Below are positions 28,058-37,527 of a stretch of 64,000 nt of DNA, in pieces; the first letter of the stretch is position 1; every line of letters begins with the position of its first letter. This DNA is from a virus, in IMG/VR virus record IMGVR_UViG_3300009094_000001, positions 8,579-72,578 of that record; one strand, written 5' to 3'. The notes under the pieces were generated by a model. It was not told the origin of the DNA and did not search any database. It saw only the letters and a program-made list of their open reading frames with translations. Both the position numbers and the translations under genes were made by a program.

Positions 28058-30048
28058 AGCGCTCCCTCCGGCAGGCTGACGATAGCCGGCAGCTCTTCCT
28101 CAAGCCGTTTCGCGGCTTTCCTCGTCGCGATGCGCATCGCAACCTTGTCAGCGGTTGCTTGCGAAATCGTGCTCTCGGCTTCCCCGATGCCGGTCTCGAT
28201 AAATCCGTCCTGCGTCAGCGTGACGGATTGGTTCGACCGGAAAATTTCAATCTCAGCAGCAAGACGGTCGGCGGCTTCGAGAAACTCCAACGAGGAATCC
28301 CCCGCGCCGTCGAATCGAACGAGCTTTTGTTCAGCTTCGTCTTCCTCGCACGCACCGCCGAGCTTTTCTCCCTCTACCGGGTCGGTATAAGTCAGCACTG
28401 CGTTCACCGCGCCGGGGCCGGAGACCACAATCAAAAGCTGGAAGGACTCGTCCATGAATTCGGCCTTGGCATCCTCCACCCCGCAGGAAGTCAGCGTCTC
28501 GTTCGTCCAGATTTCTTTCGCGTCTTGGGTCTTCAACTCTCGCGATTGCTTTTTCAACGCGTAGAGAATGTCGTCAGCCGTAATCACGTCGAGTGCGCGC
28601 AACATCCCCGCCGTCGCATTGATTCGCTTGGTGAGGATGCGCTTGTAGCGACCCCGCTGCCCACCTGCCCAGAACACAGCAACGTCGATGGTGCCGAGCA
28701 GCTCGCTCATGAAAACCTTGGCGAAACGAAACTGCTTTTTGACGGTAGGGTCCTGATTAAAGTAAGCCCGGGTTTCGAGATACCACGTAATGTGGCACCC
28801 GTCATCGAGGCGGTCGGGAGTGAACTCCTCCCACAGACGAACCAGCCCGTCGTAATCTTGAGAAAATGCAAAGACCGCGTTGGTGTCGTTCACCTGACCA
28901 ACCAGCCAAGTAATCGGCCTCGTGCCCGTCCAAAAGCTGTTCCAAGCCGGCGGAGCCATCGCATTCAGGGTTTGATACGCCCCGGTATCCATCACCCACG
29001 TATGCCGGTTGTAAATATCCGAGTGCGGAACGCTGACGAGAAGGTAGTTTTCCACAGACGCTATAGCGACGCCGCCGAGGTCTTCGGAGAGCTGGCCCTT
29101 GCTGTCATTCATGTCGGAATCACGATACGGAAGGGATGCGGTGATGAAATTAAGCCCGGCTGCGTCGAACGAAACGAGCCCAAACTCAGACCACCACCAC
29201 AACATCCCGTAATGCGCCTGCACGGACCGATTCGAGGTGCATCCGATGCTGGAAAGAACGACTTGCTGAAAATCCCGGGTCGTCGGCCACTGGGCACGGT
29301 CACGAATTGAGGCGAGAAAAAGAGAGGTGGTGTGGTCGGTGTAGACCAGTAATTGCGGCGACGTGGGGTTCGTCGTTTTATGTAACGCCGTGATGGGTCC
29401 CGGGAGCGTGAACGCACGCACGGTCGCGAAATAAATGTCTTCGGTGAAGGAGACTGGGTTCGCAATGTCGGAAGCGAAAAGGAAAATATCCCGCCCGACC
29501 CACAGCCGGTCTCCAACCCATTCCATCGGCCCGCCGAGAGGAATCGCCCCTGCGCCGCGTTGGTGCTCCGCAGTCGTGCCGTCGAAAACGGCGGGAGGAG
29601 TAAACCCCCCGTCCTGAATCACCATCAGCTCGCGGGCGTCAATCAGAGTCAACGAGCCGTCGGGATTACGCTCAACCGATTGCTGAACCTGCTTGAAAAA
29701 GACTTCCCTAGCACTCGGCAGAAACGAGACGCCCGGGATTTGTCGGTAGCTGGTAAACGGAGATTCGGAGATGTAAATCAACCCCTCAACCGCAAACAAA
29801 ATTACGCGGGTCCCCTGACGGGGGACGAACCACTCGCTGCCCTGAAAATTTCCCGGCGGGCAAACAAACTTGCACCGACGCCCGGGCCGGCACTGCACGA
29901 TGCCGCCGCGATTCACCGTGTTCATGGAGCGCGCGTATTGCCCGGGCTGTAATTGCGACGGGTGCGCGTTGCTGTTCATCCCGGGCAGGAAAGAAGTATC
30001 CCCGTCGGCGCGGCGGAATGGAACTTGGTTGAGCTGTGGAGAACTCAC
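28054..30048 (-). CDS. Tail nozzle / tubular protein B-like
   Basis: 664 aa, beta-rich; GMNS..HP N-terminus, RLWV..LFASDI; position after the adaptor gene. Confidence 0.7.
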   Translation of the reverse strand: MSSPQLNQVPFRRADGDTSFLPGMNSNAHPSQLQPGQYARSMNTVNRGGIVQCRPGRRCKFVCPPGNFQGSEWFVPRQGTRVILFAVEGLIYISESPFTSYRQIPGVSFLPSAREVFFKQVQQSVERNPDGSLTLIDARELMVIQDGGFTPPAVFDGTTAEHQRGAGAIPLGGPMEWVGDRLWVGRDIFLFASDIANPVSFTEDIYFATVRAFTLPGPITALHKTTNPTSPQLLVYTDHTTSLFLASIRDRAQWPTTRDFQQVVLSSIGCTSNRSVQAHYGMLWWWSEFGLVSFDAAGLNFITASLPYRDSDMNDSKGQLSEDLGGVAIASVENYLLVSVPHSDIYNRHTWVMDTGAYQTLNAMAPPAWNSFWTGTRPITWLVGQVNDTNAVFAFSQDYDGLVRLWEEFTPDRLDDGCHITWYLETRAYFNQDPTVKKQFRFAKVFMSELLGTIDVAVFWAGGQRGRYKRILTKRINATAGMLRALDVITADDILYALKKQSRELKTQDAKEIWTNETLTSCGVEDAKAEFMDESFQLLIVVSGPGAVNAVLTYTDPVEGEKLGGACEEDEAEQKLVRFDGAGDSSLEFLEAADRLAAEIEIFRSNQSVTLTQDGFIETGIGEAESTISQATADKVAMRIATRKAAKRLEEELPAIVSLPEGAL

Positions 30049-30993
30049 TTAATCAAGATAATCGCACTTATTCGAGATGCTGTTGCGGTCATCGACCTGC
30101 AAGGGACTCCCCATCGGGGGGTCCAGCGTCCATTGTTTTTGAGTAATCAGGCGCACGGCGTTCGCTTCGTATGCGTTGCCGTTCGCGAGGTCACCGTCCT
30201 GATACCACTTGAGCGCTCGCATCGCGAGAAGCAACGCGGGGCGGGAGTGGAGGAGAATCCGGTCGTGAATGGACGTAATTTCATACGTCCGCTTTCGGTA
30301 GACCAGCCGAACCCACGTTCCGGGGCGGTTGATTTTGATGCGCCGATATTGTGGCTTCGTTTCATCCGGCTCGTAAACGCCGAGAAGAGTCCCGGTAGAC
30401 GTTGAGCTGTCGAAGCTCGAAAGCCGAAGGGTTGAAATAGTAGGGTCCTTGACGACACCCGTAATACGCGCAACCATCGGGTCGTTCGCCGACGGGAGCG
30501 CGTAGTTGAAAATGGTAGGGACTCGCAAGCCGGGTTCGACGATGTCGCCAACGAGCGTTTGCAACGGCCTGCCCTGCGTGTCGAAGCCGAAAACCCGGAG
30601 CAACTTTCCGGCGTCTCGCTCGTCATCCACAAAAGCAATCAGCTTGGCTGGGCACTTGAGGTCCTTGTAAGTCGGGTGCGTTCCAGCGTCCGCCCAAGTC
30701 CAACTGCAACTGCAATCCCGGGAGCCGGGTCCGTTGAGATGGAACTGAAAAAGGATGTCTCGCCCGTGTGCTGGCCGGCCGCAGATGTTCACTCCGAGCG
30801 GGGTCTCGATTTCGCGCGGGAGCGTGACGCAGTTCCCGTCCACGCAAATATCCACCACGCCCACGAGCGGGTCGATATCGCCGGAGGTCGTCAGCAGTTC
30901 AATAGAGTCCGTTAGCTGTCGGAACAGCTTCGGCTCGTGACAATGGCCAAAGATTTCCTTGGCGCTGTCCCACACTTCCTCCGCGATAATCAT
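30049..30993 (-). CDS. Head-tail adaptor / tubular protein A-like
   Basis: TLPREIE motif, size, and position before the nozzle gene. Confidence 0.6.
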   Translation of the reverse strand: MIIAEEVWDSAKEIFGHCHEPKLFRQLTDSIELLTTSGDIDPLVGVVDICVDGNCVTLPREIETPLGVNICGRPAHGRDILFQFHLNGPGSRDCSCSWTWADAGTHPTYKDLKCPAKLIAFVDDERDAGKLLRVFGFDTQGRPLQTLVGDIVEPGLRVPTIFNYALPSANDPMVARITGVVKDPTISTLRLSSFDSSTSTGTLLGVYEPDETKPQYRRIKINRPGTWVRLVYRKRTYEITSIHDRILLHSRPALLLAMRALKWYQDGDLANGNAYEANAVRLITQKQWTLDPPMGSPLQVDDRNSISNKCDYLD

Positions 30994-31379
30994 TAATAAT
31001 CCTCCCCGTCATCTTCTTCAACTACGACTTTGGATTTCTTCGCCGTGACTTTCTTCATCTCCTTATCGAGAATGTCGCCGGAATCCTCCTCGGACTCGTC
31101 GGTATCCTCCTTCGTCGCCTTGGTGTCGAGAATTTCGTGGATATCGAGTTCAACTTTTTGAATAGTTTTGTCCCCAGTCTTGCGGTTCTCCTCGGAGCGT
31201 TTCTTGAACCGCACGGTCATCGTGCCCTCGTCAGGAAAGCCGTAGGGCTTCTCCCATTCGAGATACAGCGAGGGGTAGATTGTCTTCGGAACTTCACCGC
31301 CGACCGGCATCGGGAGGTCGAGGTCCTTCGGGGTTTTCCCGAGGTCGATGGGATACTTGGGTTGAGATTTCTTGGGCAT
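30993..31379 (-). CDS. Acidic hypothetical protein
   Basis: K/E/D-rich 128-aa ORF. Confidence 0.6.
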   Translation of the reverse strand: MPKKSQPKYPIDLGKTPKDLDLPMPVGGEVPKTIYPSLYLEWEKPYGFPDEGTMTVRFKKRSEENRKTGDKTIQKVELDIHEILDTKATKEDTDESEEDSGDILDKEMKKVTAKKSKVVVEEDDGEDY

Positions 31380-31382
31380 AGA

Positions 31383-32570
31383 TTAGTAGATTTTTCGGAC
31401 GCCGATGGCGGAGAGTTCTAGATTGGGAGTCGAGCCCCAGAAAATATTCAAGGTGTCGAAGGCCCCGGTGCTTTCGTCGAAGCTAAAGCTTCCAGTGACC
31501 GCGCCTGCGTCGGTCCCGGTGATATTGACAATGTCTTGGTTCCCCACGTCGCCCTCCAGTAATCGAATCAGCGCATCCTTGGACACGGAAAATTCTGCGT
31601 TGTTCGTGCTGGTGGAGCGCCAAACAAAAGAGTAGGTAACTGAGGTTGCAGAGGTCGCAAAAACGGGGCGGGTGATTTCCACGACCCAGACCGTCCGGCT
31701 GTCCTCTTGGGAGCCCCAGTGCCGACCGTCCGAACCAACGCCGCCGCCGTGCGTGGTGATGGTGTTGACGCGCTTGTCCGCCATGTTCGTCCCGATGCCT
31801 TGGGAATACCAGTTGCGGACCACGCCAGCATTGTGCGTCCACGTATACGTGCCGGAGTCCAGAGAAAACCCGATGAAGTTCGTGCAAGTCGCACTGCCGA
31901 CGGAGGTCGCGAGAGAATTGGTATTACACAGACCAAACCGAAAATTGGGGTTGAACGTCGCGGCTCCCGTGGCCCGGAACATTAGCACGATGCGAATCTT
32001 GTGCCACTCCCCGCCGAAATAAGGCGTCCTTGCGTATTCCCCGTTCGTTGCGAGGGAGAGCCGGTTCTCGGTTTTGCTGTTCGGGATGTTGCGCGACACA
32101 ATAGTCGCCGCAGTTCCGTTTCCGGCGGCTGACCATCCGAACCCTTGATTAAAGCTGGAAATTGACCCCGCCGCGTAATCGTCGAAGAACTCCCACGCGA
32201 TTCCGTCGCGGTTCGACCCGTCGGTGCCGTTAGTGCCGTTGGTGCCATTGGTCCCGTTCGTGCCATTGGTCCCGTTCGTGCCATTGGTCCCGTTCGTGCC
32301 GTTCGCACCCGGGGGGCCTTGGATACCTTGAATGCCCTGCGGACCCTGCGCGCCCGGCGCTCCATCTGCCCCTGCGGGACCGGGGGCACCGTCGCCCGAG
32401 GCTCCCGGAGGCCCTTGAATCCCCTGCGGGCCGACAGGGCCAATTGCGCCAACAACGTCGGGCCGGACCTTCTTGGTGATGTAACTGCCGTCCTCCTGCA
32501 ACTCCGCGATGAACAAAAATCCATCGGGGTGGGGCTGCGTTACTTCTGGATATTCAGAAACTTTTGCCAT
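31383..32570 (-). CDS. Collagen-like fibre protein
   Basis: Gly-X-Y repeats including (NGT)x9, then a beta-rich C-terminal domain. Confidence 0.8.
   Translation of the reverse strand: MAKVSEYPEVTQPHPDGFLFIAELQEDGSYITKKVRPDVVGAIGPVGPQGIQGPPGASGDGAPGPAGADGAPGAQGPQGIQGIQGPPGANGTNGTNGTNGTNGTNGTNGTNGTNGTDGSNRDGIAWEFFDDYAAGSISSFNQGFGWSAAGNGTAATIVSRNIPNSKTENRLSLATNGEYARTPYFGGEWHKIRIVLMFRATGAATFNPNFRFGLCNTNSLATSVGSATCTNFIGFSLDSGTYTWTHNAGVVRNWYSQGIGTNMADKRVNTITTHGGGVGSDGRHWGSQEDSRTVWVVEITRPVFATSATSVTYSFVWRSTSTNNAEFSVSKDALIRLLEGDVGNQDIVNITGTDAGAVTGSFSFDESTGAFDTLNIFWGSTPNLELSAIGVRKIY
32223..32303 (-). repeat. 9-nt coding repeat (NGT)x9
   Basis: Includes three exact copies of GTGCCATTGGTCCCGTTC at 32242-32295. 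Confidence 0.9.
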
Positions 32571-32572
32571 AC

Positions 32573-32791
32573 TTAAAAATTACGCCAGTCGTCGTAGATG
32601 AATCCGGCCGTTAGCTCGTCCAAAATCGGAGCGCCGAACTCGTCCTGCAAAATCTGCGGGTCGTTGTTCAAAAACCGTTGCGGCGGTAACTCGTGCCGAA
32701 TCCGATGCGCCTCTTTGATGCCGGCCTTCGGCGGGCAGCAACAGTCGGAGAATTCTCCGTTGATGTCGCGGATTATCGGATAGGGCGTCAT
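32573..32791 (-). CDS. Small Cys-containing virion protein
   Basis: SDCCCPP...ILQDEFGAPILDE. Confidence 0.55.
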   Translation of the reverse strand: MTPYPIIRDINGEFSDCCCPPKAGIKEAHRIRHELPPQRFLNNDPQILQDEFGAPILDELTAGFIYDDWRNF

Positions 32792-33933
32792 GCCAACTTG
32801 ATGAACAGTGCCTTCGACTCGATATAAGAAATCTCTTGGGTCGTGTCGTTCGCGGAGGACTGCCCATGAATCGAAATCACTTCGCCGTCCGCGCTGGTCG
32901 TCACTAACCCGGTGATGATGAAGTGCGCGAAGCGGTCAGAAGACGAATCCTGATTTATCACGTTGTTCGTCTCGGTCTTGTCGATATCCGCTGCTTGCGT
33001 TTCGTTATGCAGCTTGAAGGTCCACCGTCGGGTAGCCCCGGAGTTGTTGACTCCACCGAGGTCAAAAAGAACAAAGTAGGTTCCTGCCGTCGGCAACGTA
33101 AGCTGCAAATCCGTCGTCCCAAAATCAATCCTTTGATAAATGGTGGTCATCGCGTAATCCGTGGTGCCGCCAGTGACGGCTCCGTTGGAATTCGTCGCGG
33201 CCGAACCTGCGGGACCAGCCGCACCTGTCGCGCCGGCAGCGCCGGTATCCCCGGGGACGCCTTGGTCTCCCTTGTCGCCTTTGAGACCTTGCTCGCCCTG
33301 CGGGCCCGTAATCGACAGCCCGCGCGGGCCGGTCGGTAGCACGAGAGAGCCGGGCAAAATCACCGCACTCGGCGACGGAATCAATTCCACGAGCGTTGTA
33401 AAGACGGTCGTGTTGTCGAGGATATCCGTGATGCGGACCCACCCGAGGGTCGTGATGAAAACGGTCTGGCCGACGGAGACGACCGGGGTCGGGATTATGG
33501 TGAACTGAGAAGTCGGATTGTCATCGGAAGGAGCGTTGAACGCGGAGGTGATAACCGCGTAGGCGTTTCGCCCGTTCGTCCCGGCGGGACCTGTCGGACC
33601 GACGGGCCCCATCTGGCCGATGATTCCGTCATTGAACAGGCGCAGGAAATAGCACGCGAGCCCTTCGCCGTCGAGGCGTGGATTGCCCGGCAGGCCAACG
33701 TCCAAATCGCACGGGAGCGCCCAGCGGATTTCTCCGTCGATGACGACCCTTTCGATGCTGCCGAAAAACTGGCGCGTGAAGTTATCGAGCGCGCTCGGTA
33801 GCGTCTCGCAATCGACCGTGTTCTCCGGGCAGGCGTTGCACGGGTTGCAATTACCGGTGCCGCGATTCCCGTTGATGCAATCCTGACACAGGCCGGGGCC
33901 GCAGTTCGCACATCCGCAATTTTGGCAAGACAT
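32788..33933 (-). CDS. Collagen-like fibre with Cys-rich N-terminus
   Basis: MSCQNCGCANC...; two Gly-X-Y tracts; C-terminal TNF/C1q/BclA-like beta domain (LTLPTAGTYFV). Confidence 0.8.
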   Translation of the reverse strand: MSCQNCGCANCGPGLCQDCINGNRGTGNCNPCNACPENTVDCETLPSALDNFTRQFFGSIERVVIDGEIRWALPCDLDVGLPGNPRLDGEGLACYFLRLFNDGIIGQMGPVGPTGPAGTNGRNAYAVITSAFNAPSDDNPTSQFTIIPTPVVSVGQTVFITTLGWVRITDILDNTTVFTTLVELIPSPSAVILPGSLVLPTGPRGLSITGPQGEQGLKGDKGDQGVPGDTGAAGATGAAGPAGSAATNSNGAVTGGTTDYAMTTIYQRIDFGTTDLQLTLPTAGTYFVLFDLGGVNNSGATRRWTFKLHNETQAADIDKTETNNVINQDSSSDRFAHFIITGLVTTSADGEVISIHGQSSANDTTQEISYIESKALFIKLA

Positions 33934-33934
33934 A

Positions 33935-34486
33935 TTATTGCTTGGAATCGTCGATTCCGTCTTTGTTCGCATCGACGAATCCACGGAGTTTCCCGTGGCG
34001 ATTCGCAAACCAATACAGCACGGCGGCACCGATGCATGCGCCGAGAATCAAAAGCTCGTTTCCGACAATCAGCGTCGGGAGCACAATCAACGCAAGGCCC
34101 GCGAGAGTAATCACCGCACTGGTCGTCACGCTGGCTCCGACGAGAAGTTTCAGCGGAGGATAGACAAAGCTGGCCGCGCCGAACAGGAACACCAGCACGC
34201 CAATCCACGACACCCCGCGCAAAGACGAAAGCTTGGCGGCAACTTCGCGCCCCGTGTCTTTCTGAGCAGCGCCGAGGACCGTGTTGATTTCTTCGGTCGT
34301 TTTTCCATCTTTGGTCTCCTGCGTTCGTTTGTAAACCTGCGTAGTCCCTGTCTTCGGATTCTGCGACTGTTTCGTAGTGACGGTTGTTCCGTCCGGGGAT
34401 TTGTAAGAAACGCGCCCGGGTTTCAGCGGCGCAAAGGAGCAGCCGGAAATTGCTGCAATTAAAAGGATGAGGGGTAAACTTTTCAT
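33935..34486 (-). CDS. Lipoprotein with three C-terminal TM helices (unimolecular-spanin-like)
   Basis: Lipobox ISG-C with Ser at +2; three hydrophobic segments; ATGA-coupled to the holin candidate. Confidence 0.55.
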   Translation of the reverse strand: MKSLPLILLIAAISGCSFAPLKPGRVSYKSPDGTTVTTKQSQNPKTGTTQVYKRTQETKDGKTTEEINTVLGAAQKDTGREVAAKLSSLRGVSWIGVLVFLFGAASFVYPPLKLLVGASVTTSAVITLAGLALIVLPTLIVGNELLILGACIGAAVLYWFANRHGKLRGFVDANKDGIDDSKQ

Positions 34487-34689
34487 TCTGATTTTCGAGT
34501 CTTGCGCCACTTCGCCCAGATATAGAGAATCGTGACGGCGGCGACACCAAACTGCCCGATTTTGATTAGCCCGTCGAGTAGCGGGCCGGCTTTGTCGAAA
34601 AATTCCGTAAGCCACGGAACCGTGACGCCGATGACTGCGGCGGTTTTTACCTTCACCCACTCGGGCACTTGGGTATTCTCGGTCAGCAT
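34483..34689 (-). CDS. Putative holin
   Basis: 68 aa, hydrophobic segments, basic C-terminus (WAKWRKTRKSE). Confidence 0.55.
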   Translation of the reverse strand: MLTENTQVPEWVKVKTAAVIGVTVPWLTEFFDKAGPLLDGLIKIGQFGVAAVTILYIWAKWRKTRKSE

Positions 34690-35108
34690 AGTTTTTCCCT
34701 GCGGGCATCCGTTCGGACCCGGTGACAATTGGCACAAACCAATTGGCACTTGTCGATTTCTTTACGAACGTCATCCCACGAATATTTATAGCCTTTGGTG
34801 AGTTCAAAGGACTTGTCTCGGAGATGGTCAAACTCCATCGCAGACGGAGGAAAAATCGAGCCACAGTCATAGCAGGGACGCTCGGATTTCAAAGAGTTCA
34901 ACCGCTCTCGATAATCATTCCGAATTTCCGACATTCGTTCTCGGGAGACGATTTTAATTTGCTCGCGCTCCTCTGAGGATAGCCTCGCCCTATATTCCTG
35001 CGTATTCTCGGCGGCGCAGAGCCGACAATAGGAATATCTCCGGCCAGATTTTCCGGTCGTAAAATTTTCCTCCGGCTGAGGGAGCTTACATTTCGAGCAT
35101 ATTTTCAT
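34683..35108 (-). CDS. HNH endonuclease
   Basis: CSKC..CRLC..RPCYDCG..FDH..EIDKCQLVCANCHRVRT. Confidence 0.85.
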   Translation of the reverse strand: MKICSKCKLPQPEENFTTGKSGRRYSYCRLCAAENTQEYRARLSSEEREQIKIVSRERMSEIRNDYRERLNSLKSERPCYDCGSIFPPSAMEFDHLRDKSFELTKGYKYSWDDVRKEIDKCQLVCANCHRVRTDARREKLC

Positions 35109-35110
35109 AA

Positions 35111-35150
35111 GAAAAACGGGGGCAGTTTCCTCGAAAGAAAACCACCCCCG
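35111..35150 (-). terminator. Intrinsic terminator after the major capsid gene
   Basis: CGGGGGTGGTTTTCT-TTCG-AGGAAACTGCCCCCG-TTTTTC on the minus strand. Confidence 0.85.
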
Positions 35151-35172
35151 CCCCCACGAGTCTAGTTATCGC

Positions 35173-36495
35173 TTAGGTGATTTCTTCCCCAACACAACCA
35201 CCCGGATTATTACAGTCTTCGGCCTCGCACACACCCAAGGTCGCGAACGAATCCGCGCCAGTGAAGCTGGACGAGCTAGGCACCTCGCAAGCTTCCAAGC
35301 CGAGGTCGGCCGGGCAGCGGAGGTAGAGAATCGGCACGATATGCTGCGGACGGACCGGCTGATACGCACGAGTAATCTGATACTTGTGCTGGCCGAAGTC
35401 ACCCCACAGGTTGCAATCGTTGTCGATTTCGTAGTGCCAATCGAGTTCGCCCATGTAAAGCTGGGGCGCGAACTTGAACGTGCCCTCGCCGGTGTAGCGT
35501 TCCGGGGTCAGGCGGTTGAATGAATTGTCGGCGAACAGGAAGCCAACTTCCCAGAGCGCGGCGAGCCACGTCGGGTTTGCCTTGGCATACGCCGTGTTCT
35601 TGCAGGTGTTGACGACCGTGATGACGGGGTCAATGAGCGCCAGCGTGCCGTCCTCGTTGAAACCGTTAGCCCGGAGGGGCCGTTGGTCGGTGCCGAGAGC
35701 GATGCCGCGATACGCGCCAGCCTGCTCAAAAGAGTAGGCGGAGATGGCAACCTCGCCGAGGCGATAGCTGCCCTGCGTCAAGCAACAGATGGCGTCCTTG
35801 ACGGACGTTTCGTTGCGGAACGCTTCGATGATGTCGGAGCTGCCGATGAAACGGAAATGGGGCATGCCCTTCCCGCCGGCATCGAACATTTCGGCGAACA
35901 GCGCTTCCTTCAAGTAGCGGGCGATGGTGTGCAGCGCCTTGAAAGAAATCGGAGCGGTCGGAGCGATGGGGGCGAACTTGACGCCAACATCCGTCTCGTT
36001 ACCGCCGGTGAACAGCGAGTCGAAATCGTAGCCGATGGCGGCGACGAACTTGGAAGCGGAACGCAGATACAACTGGGCGCGAATGTCCGAGTTGATATAC
36101 TGGGTCATCAGCTTCTTGAGCGAATCCTCGGCAGCGAGGTAGCTGGACTTGAACGCGGCGAAGCCTTTCTTGACGCAGACCCGAGGGCCGAGACCGCGTT
36201 TCGATTCGAGCTGTGCCGTGAATTCGACGGCGTCCGTGAGGTCTTGGAGACCAACGGTGCCGCACAATTCCAAATCGCACACAAACGTCGGAAGGGCGAG
36301 GCTATCCCCGGGGGCAGCCTGTTGCTGCACAGCCGTCCTGATAACATCAGAAACGCCGGAGGGGAACGTTCCACCTCCAATCACATTCATAAAAGGACTG
36401 TTAGCCGCGAGAGCCTTCGCGATGGTGCCCACAAGGCGGGCGGAATCCTTCCTCGCAATATCTGAGAGGTCGGAGGGGGTAATACAATCGGCCAT
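35173..36495 (-). CDS. Major capsid protein
   Basis: 440 aa; downstream of portal and scaffold, with its own promoter and strong terminator. Confidence 0.8.
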   Translation of the reverse strand: MADCITPSDLSDIARKDSARLVGTIAKALAANSPFMNVIGGGTFPSGVSDVIRTAVQQQAAPGDSLALPTFVCDLELCGTVGLQDLTDAVEFTAQLESKRGLGPRVCVKKGFAAFKSSYLAAEDSLKKLMTQYINSDIRAQLYLRSASKFVAAIGYDFDSLFTGGNETDVGVKFAPIAPTAPISFKALHTIARYLKEALFAEMFDAGGKGMPHFRFIGSSDIIEAFRNETSVKDAICCLTQGSYRLGEVAISAYSFEQAGAYRGIALGTDQRPLRANGFNEDGTLALIDPVITVVNTCKNTAYAKANPTWLAALWEVGFLFADNSFNRLTPERYTGEGTFKFAPQLYMGELDWHYEIDNDCNLWGDFGQHKYQITRAYQPVRPQHIVPILYLRCPADLGLEACEVPSSSSFTGADSFATLGVCEAEDCNNPGGCVGEEIT

Positions 36496-36647
36496 ATACT
36501 GAAATTTTCTGTCTTAACCGCTTGGAGCGGTTATGGTTGAGTTGGTGTGCGTGTGTAAACGCACGGTTCTTTGTCTCGCGGCCAGCCGAAACAAAATTGG
36601 CCTATCTCAACCTAGAGCAGCGGCAGAGGATGCTTTAGCTCTGTGGG
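36496..36647 (-). promoter_or_regulatory. Structured 5' leader of the capsid gene
   Basis: Stems GGTTGAG/CTCAACC, TTTGTTTCG/CGAGACAAA, GTGCGT/ACGCAC, TAACCGCT/AGCGGTTA. Confidence 0.55.
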
Positions 36648-36677
36648 AAAGGTCCACACTTCGGACCAAAAGTCAAG
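36648..36677 (-). promoter_or_regulatory. Class II promoter
   Basis: CTTGACT-N15-GGACCTTT upstream of the capsid gene. Confidence 0.8.
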
Positions 36678-37527
36678 AGATTTTCGTCTTTCCCGGGACA
36701 TACATCATCTCCCCGAGGTGTCCGACCACGCAACCCAAATCGACGTAGCACTGGTGCCCCGCTTGGGCGGCGCGTCGGCAGAACTGAACGTCTTCGCCCA
36801 CGCCGAGGTTGCTCATACGTTGCGAGACGGCGAGCGCGCTTTCCAGACGTTTCGTGATGTCGGGTATGACGTTGATGTAATCAAGGTCGGACAAATTATA
36901 GAGGTCGGTCAAGGAATCCTGCACGGCTTCCACGAGGTCGTGCTCCGACGACGTGAAAAAATTCGAGCCGGTGCCATCCGGCTTGCGCGCGAGGCGGGGG
37001 AATTTCCTCTCGATGTCGAGGAAGACCGATTTATGGATGAGAACCCAGCCGAACCCGACCCACTGCGTCGGGCGAAGTTCGTCGCGCGGGCCGGCGTTCA
37101 CGTATTTTTCCAACTGCACGCCTTCCGCGAAAATGGATTTCGAGTGGGGCCAACGTCCACGATACAGCCCTCCTACGAGCGTCTTGCCGTGACTGAGAAG
37201 CCTGTCGATTCCGTGAAGGCCGGCGAAAAGCGGCGGGAGGTCGAAGCCCGTGAACTGATTGTAGAGAGCTGCGTTGCCGAAGGGCGGCACGTTGTCATCA
37301 TCGCACATCAGGCACCACTCCATGCCGGAGCGCAAAAACTGGTCAGCAAGTTTATTGCGCGAATGAGCCACAAAGGCGTCACCGAAATCCAGTGACAACG
37401 CCATGCGCTTCTTGTCGAAGAGCGTCATCAGCGCAAACAGCGTGCGGGGGTTCGTGGTTTTGTAGAACGGCAGGCACAACATCACCTGCTTGTTCTCGAT
37501 TAGCATCGTAGGGGTTGCTTCGCTCAT
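36673..37527 (-). CDS. GT-A fold (GT2-like) glycosyltransferase
   Basis: RNKLA..FL..MCDDD..GFGWVLIH..GEDVQFC..VD..VGH. Confidence 0.8.
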   Translation of the reverse strand: MSEATPTMLIENKQVMLCLPFYKTTNPRTLFALMTLFDKKRMALSLDFGDAFVAHSRNKLADQFLRSGMEWCLMCDDDNVPPFGNAALYNQFTGFDLPPLFAGLHGIDRLLSHGKTLVGGLYRGRWPHSKSIFAEGVQLEKYVNAGPRDELRPTQWVGFGWVLIHKSVFLDIERKFPRLARKPDGTGSNFFTSSEHDLVEAVQDSLTDLYNLSDLDYINVIPDITKRLESALAVSQRMSNLGVGEDVQFCRRAAQAGHQCYVDLGCVVGHLGEMMYVPGKTKIS

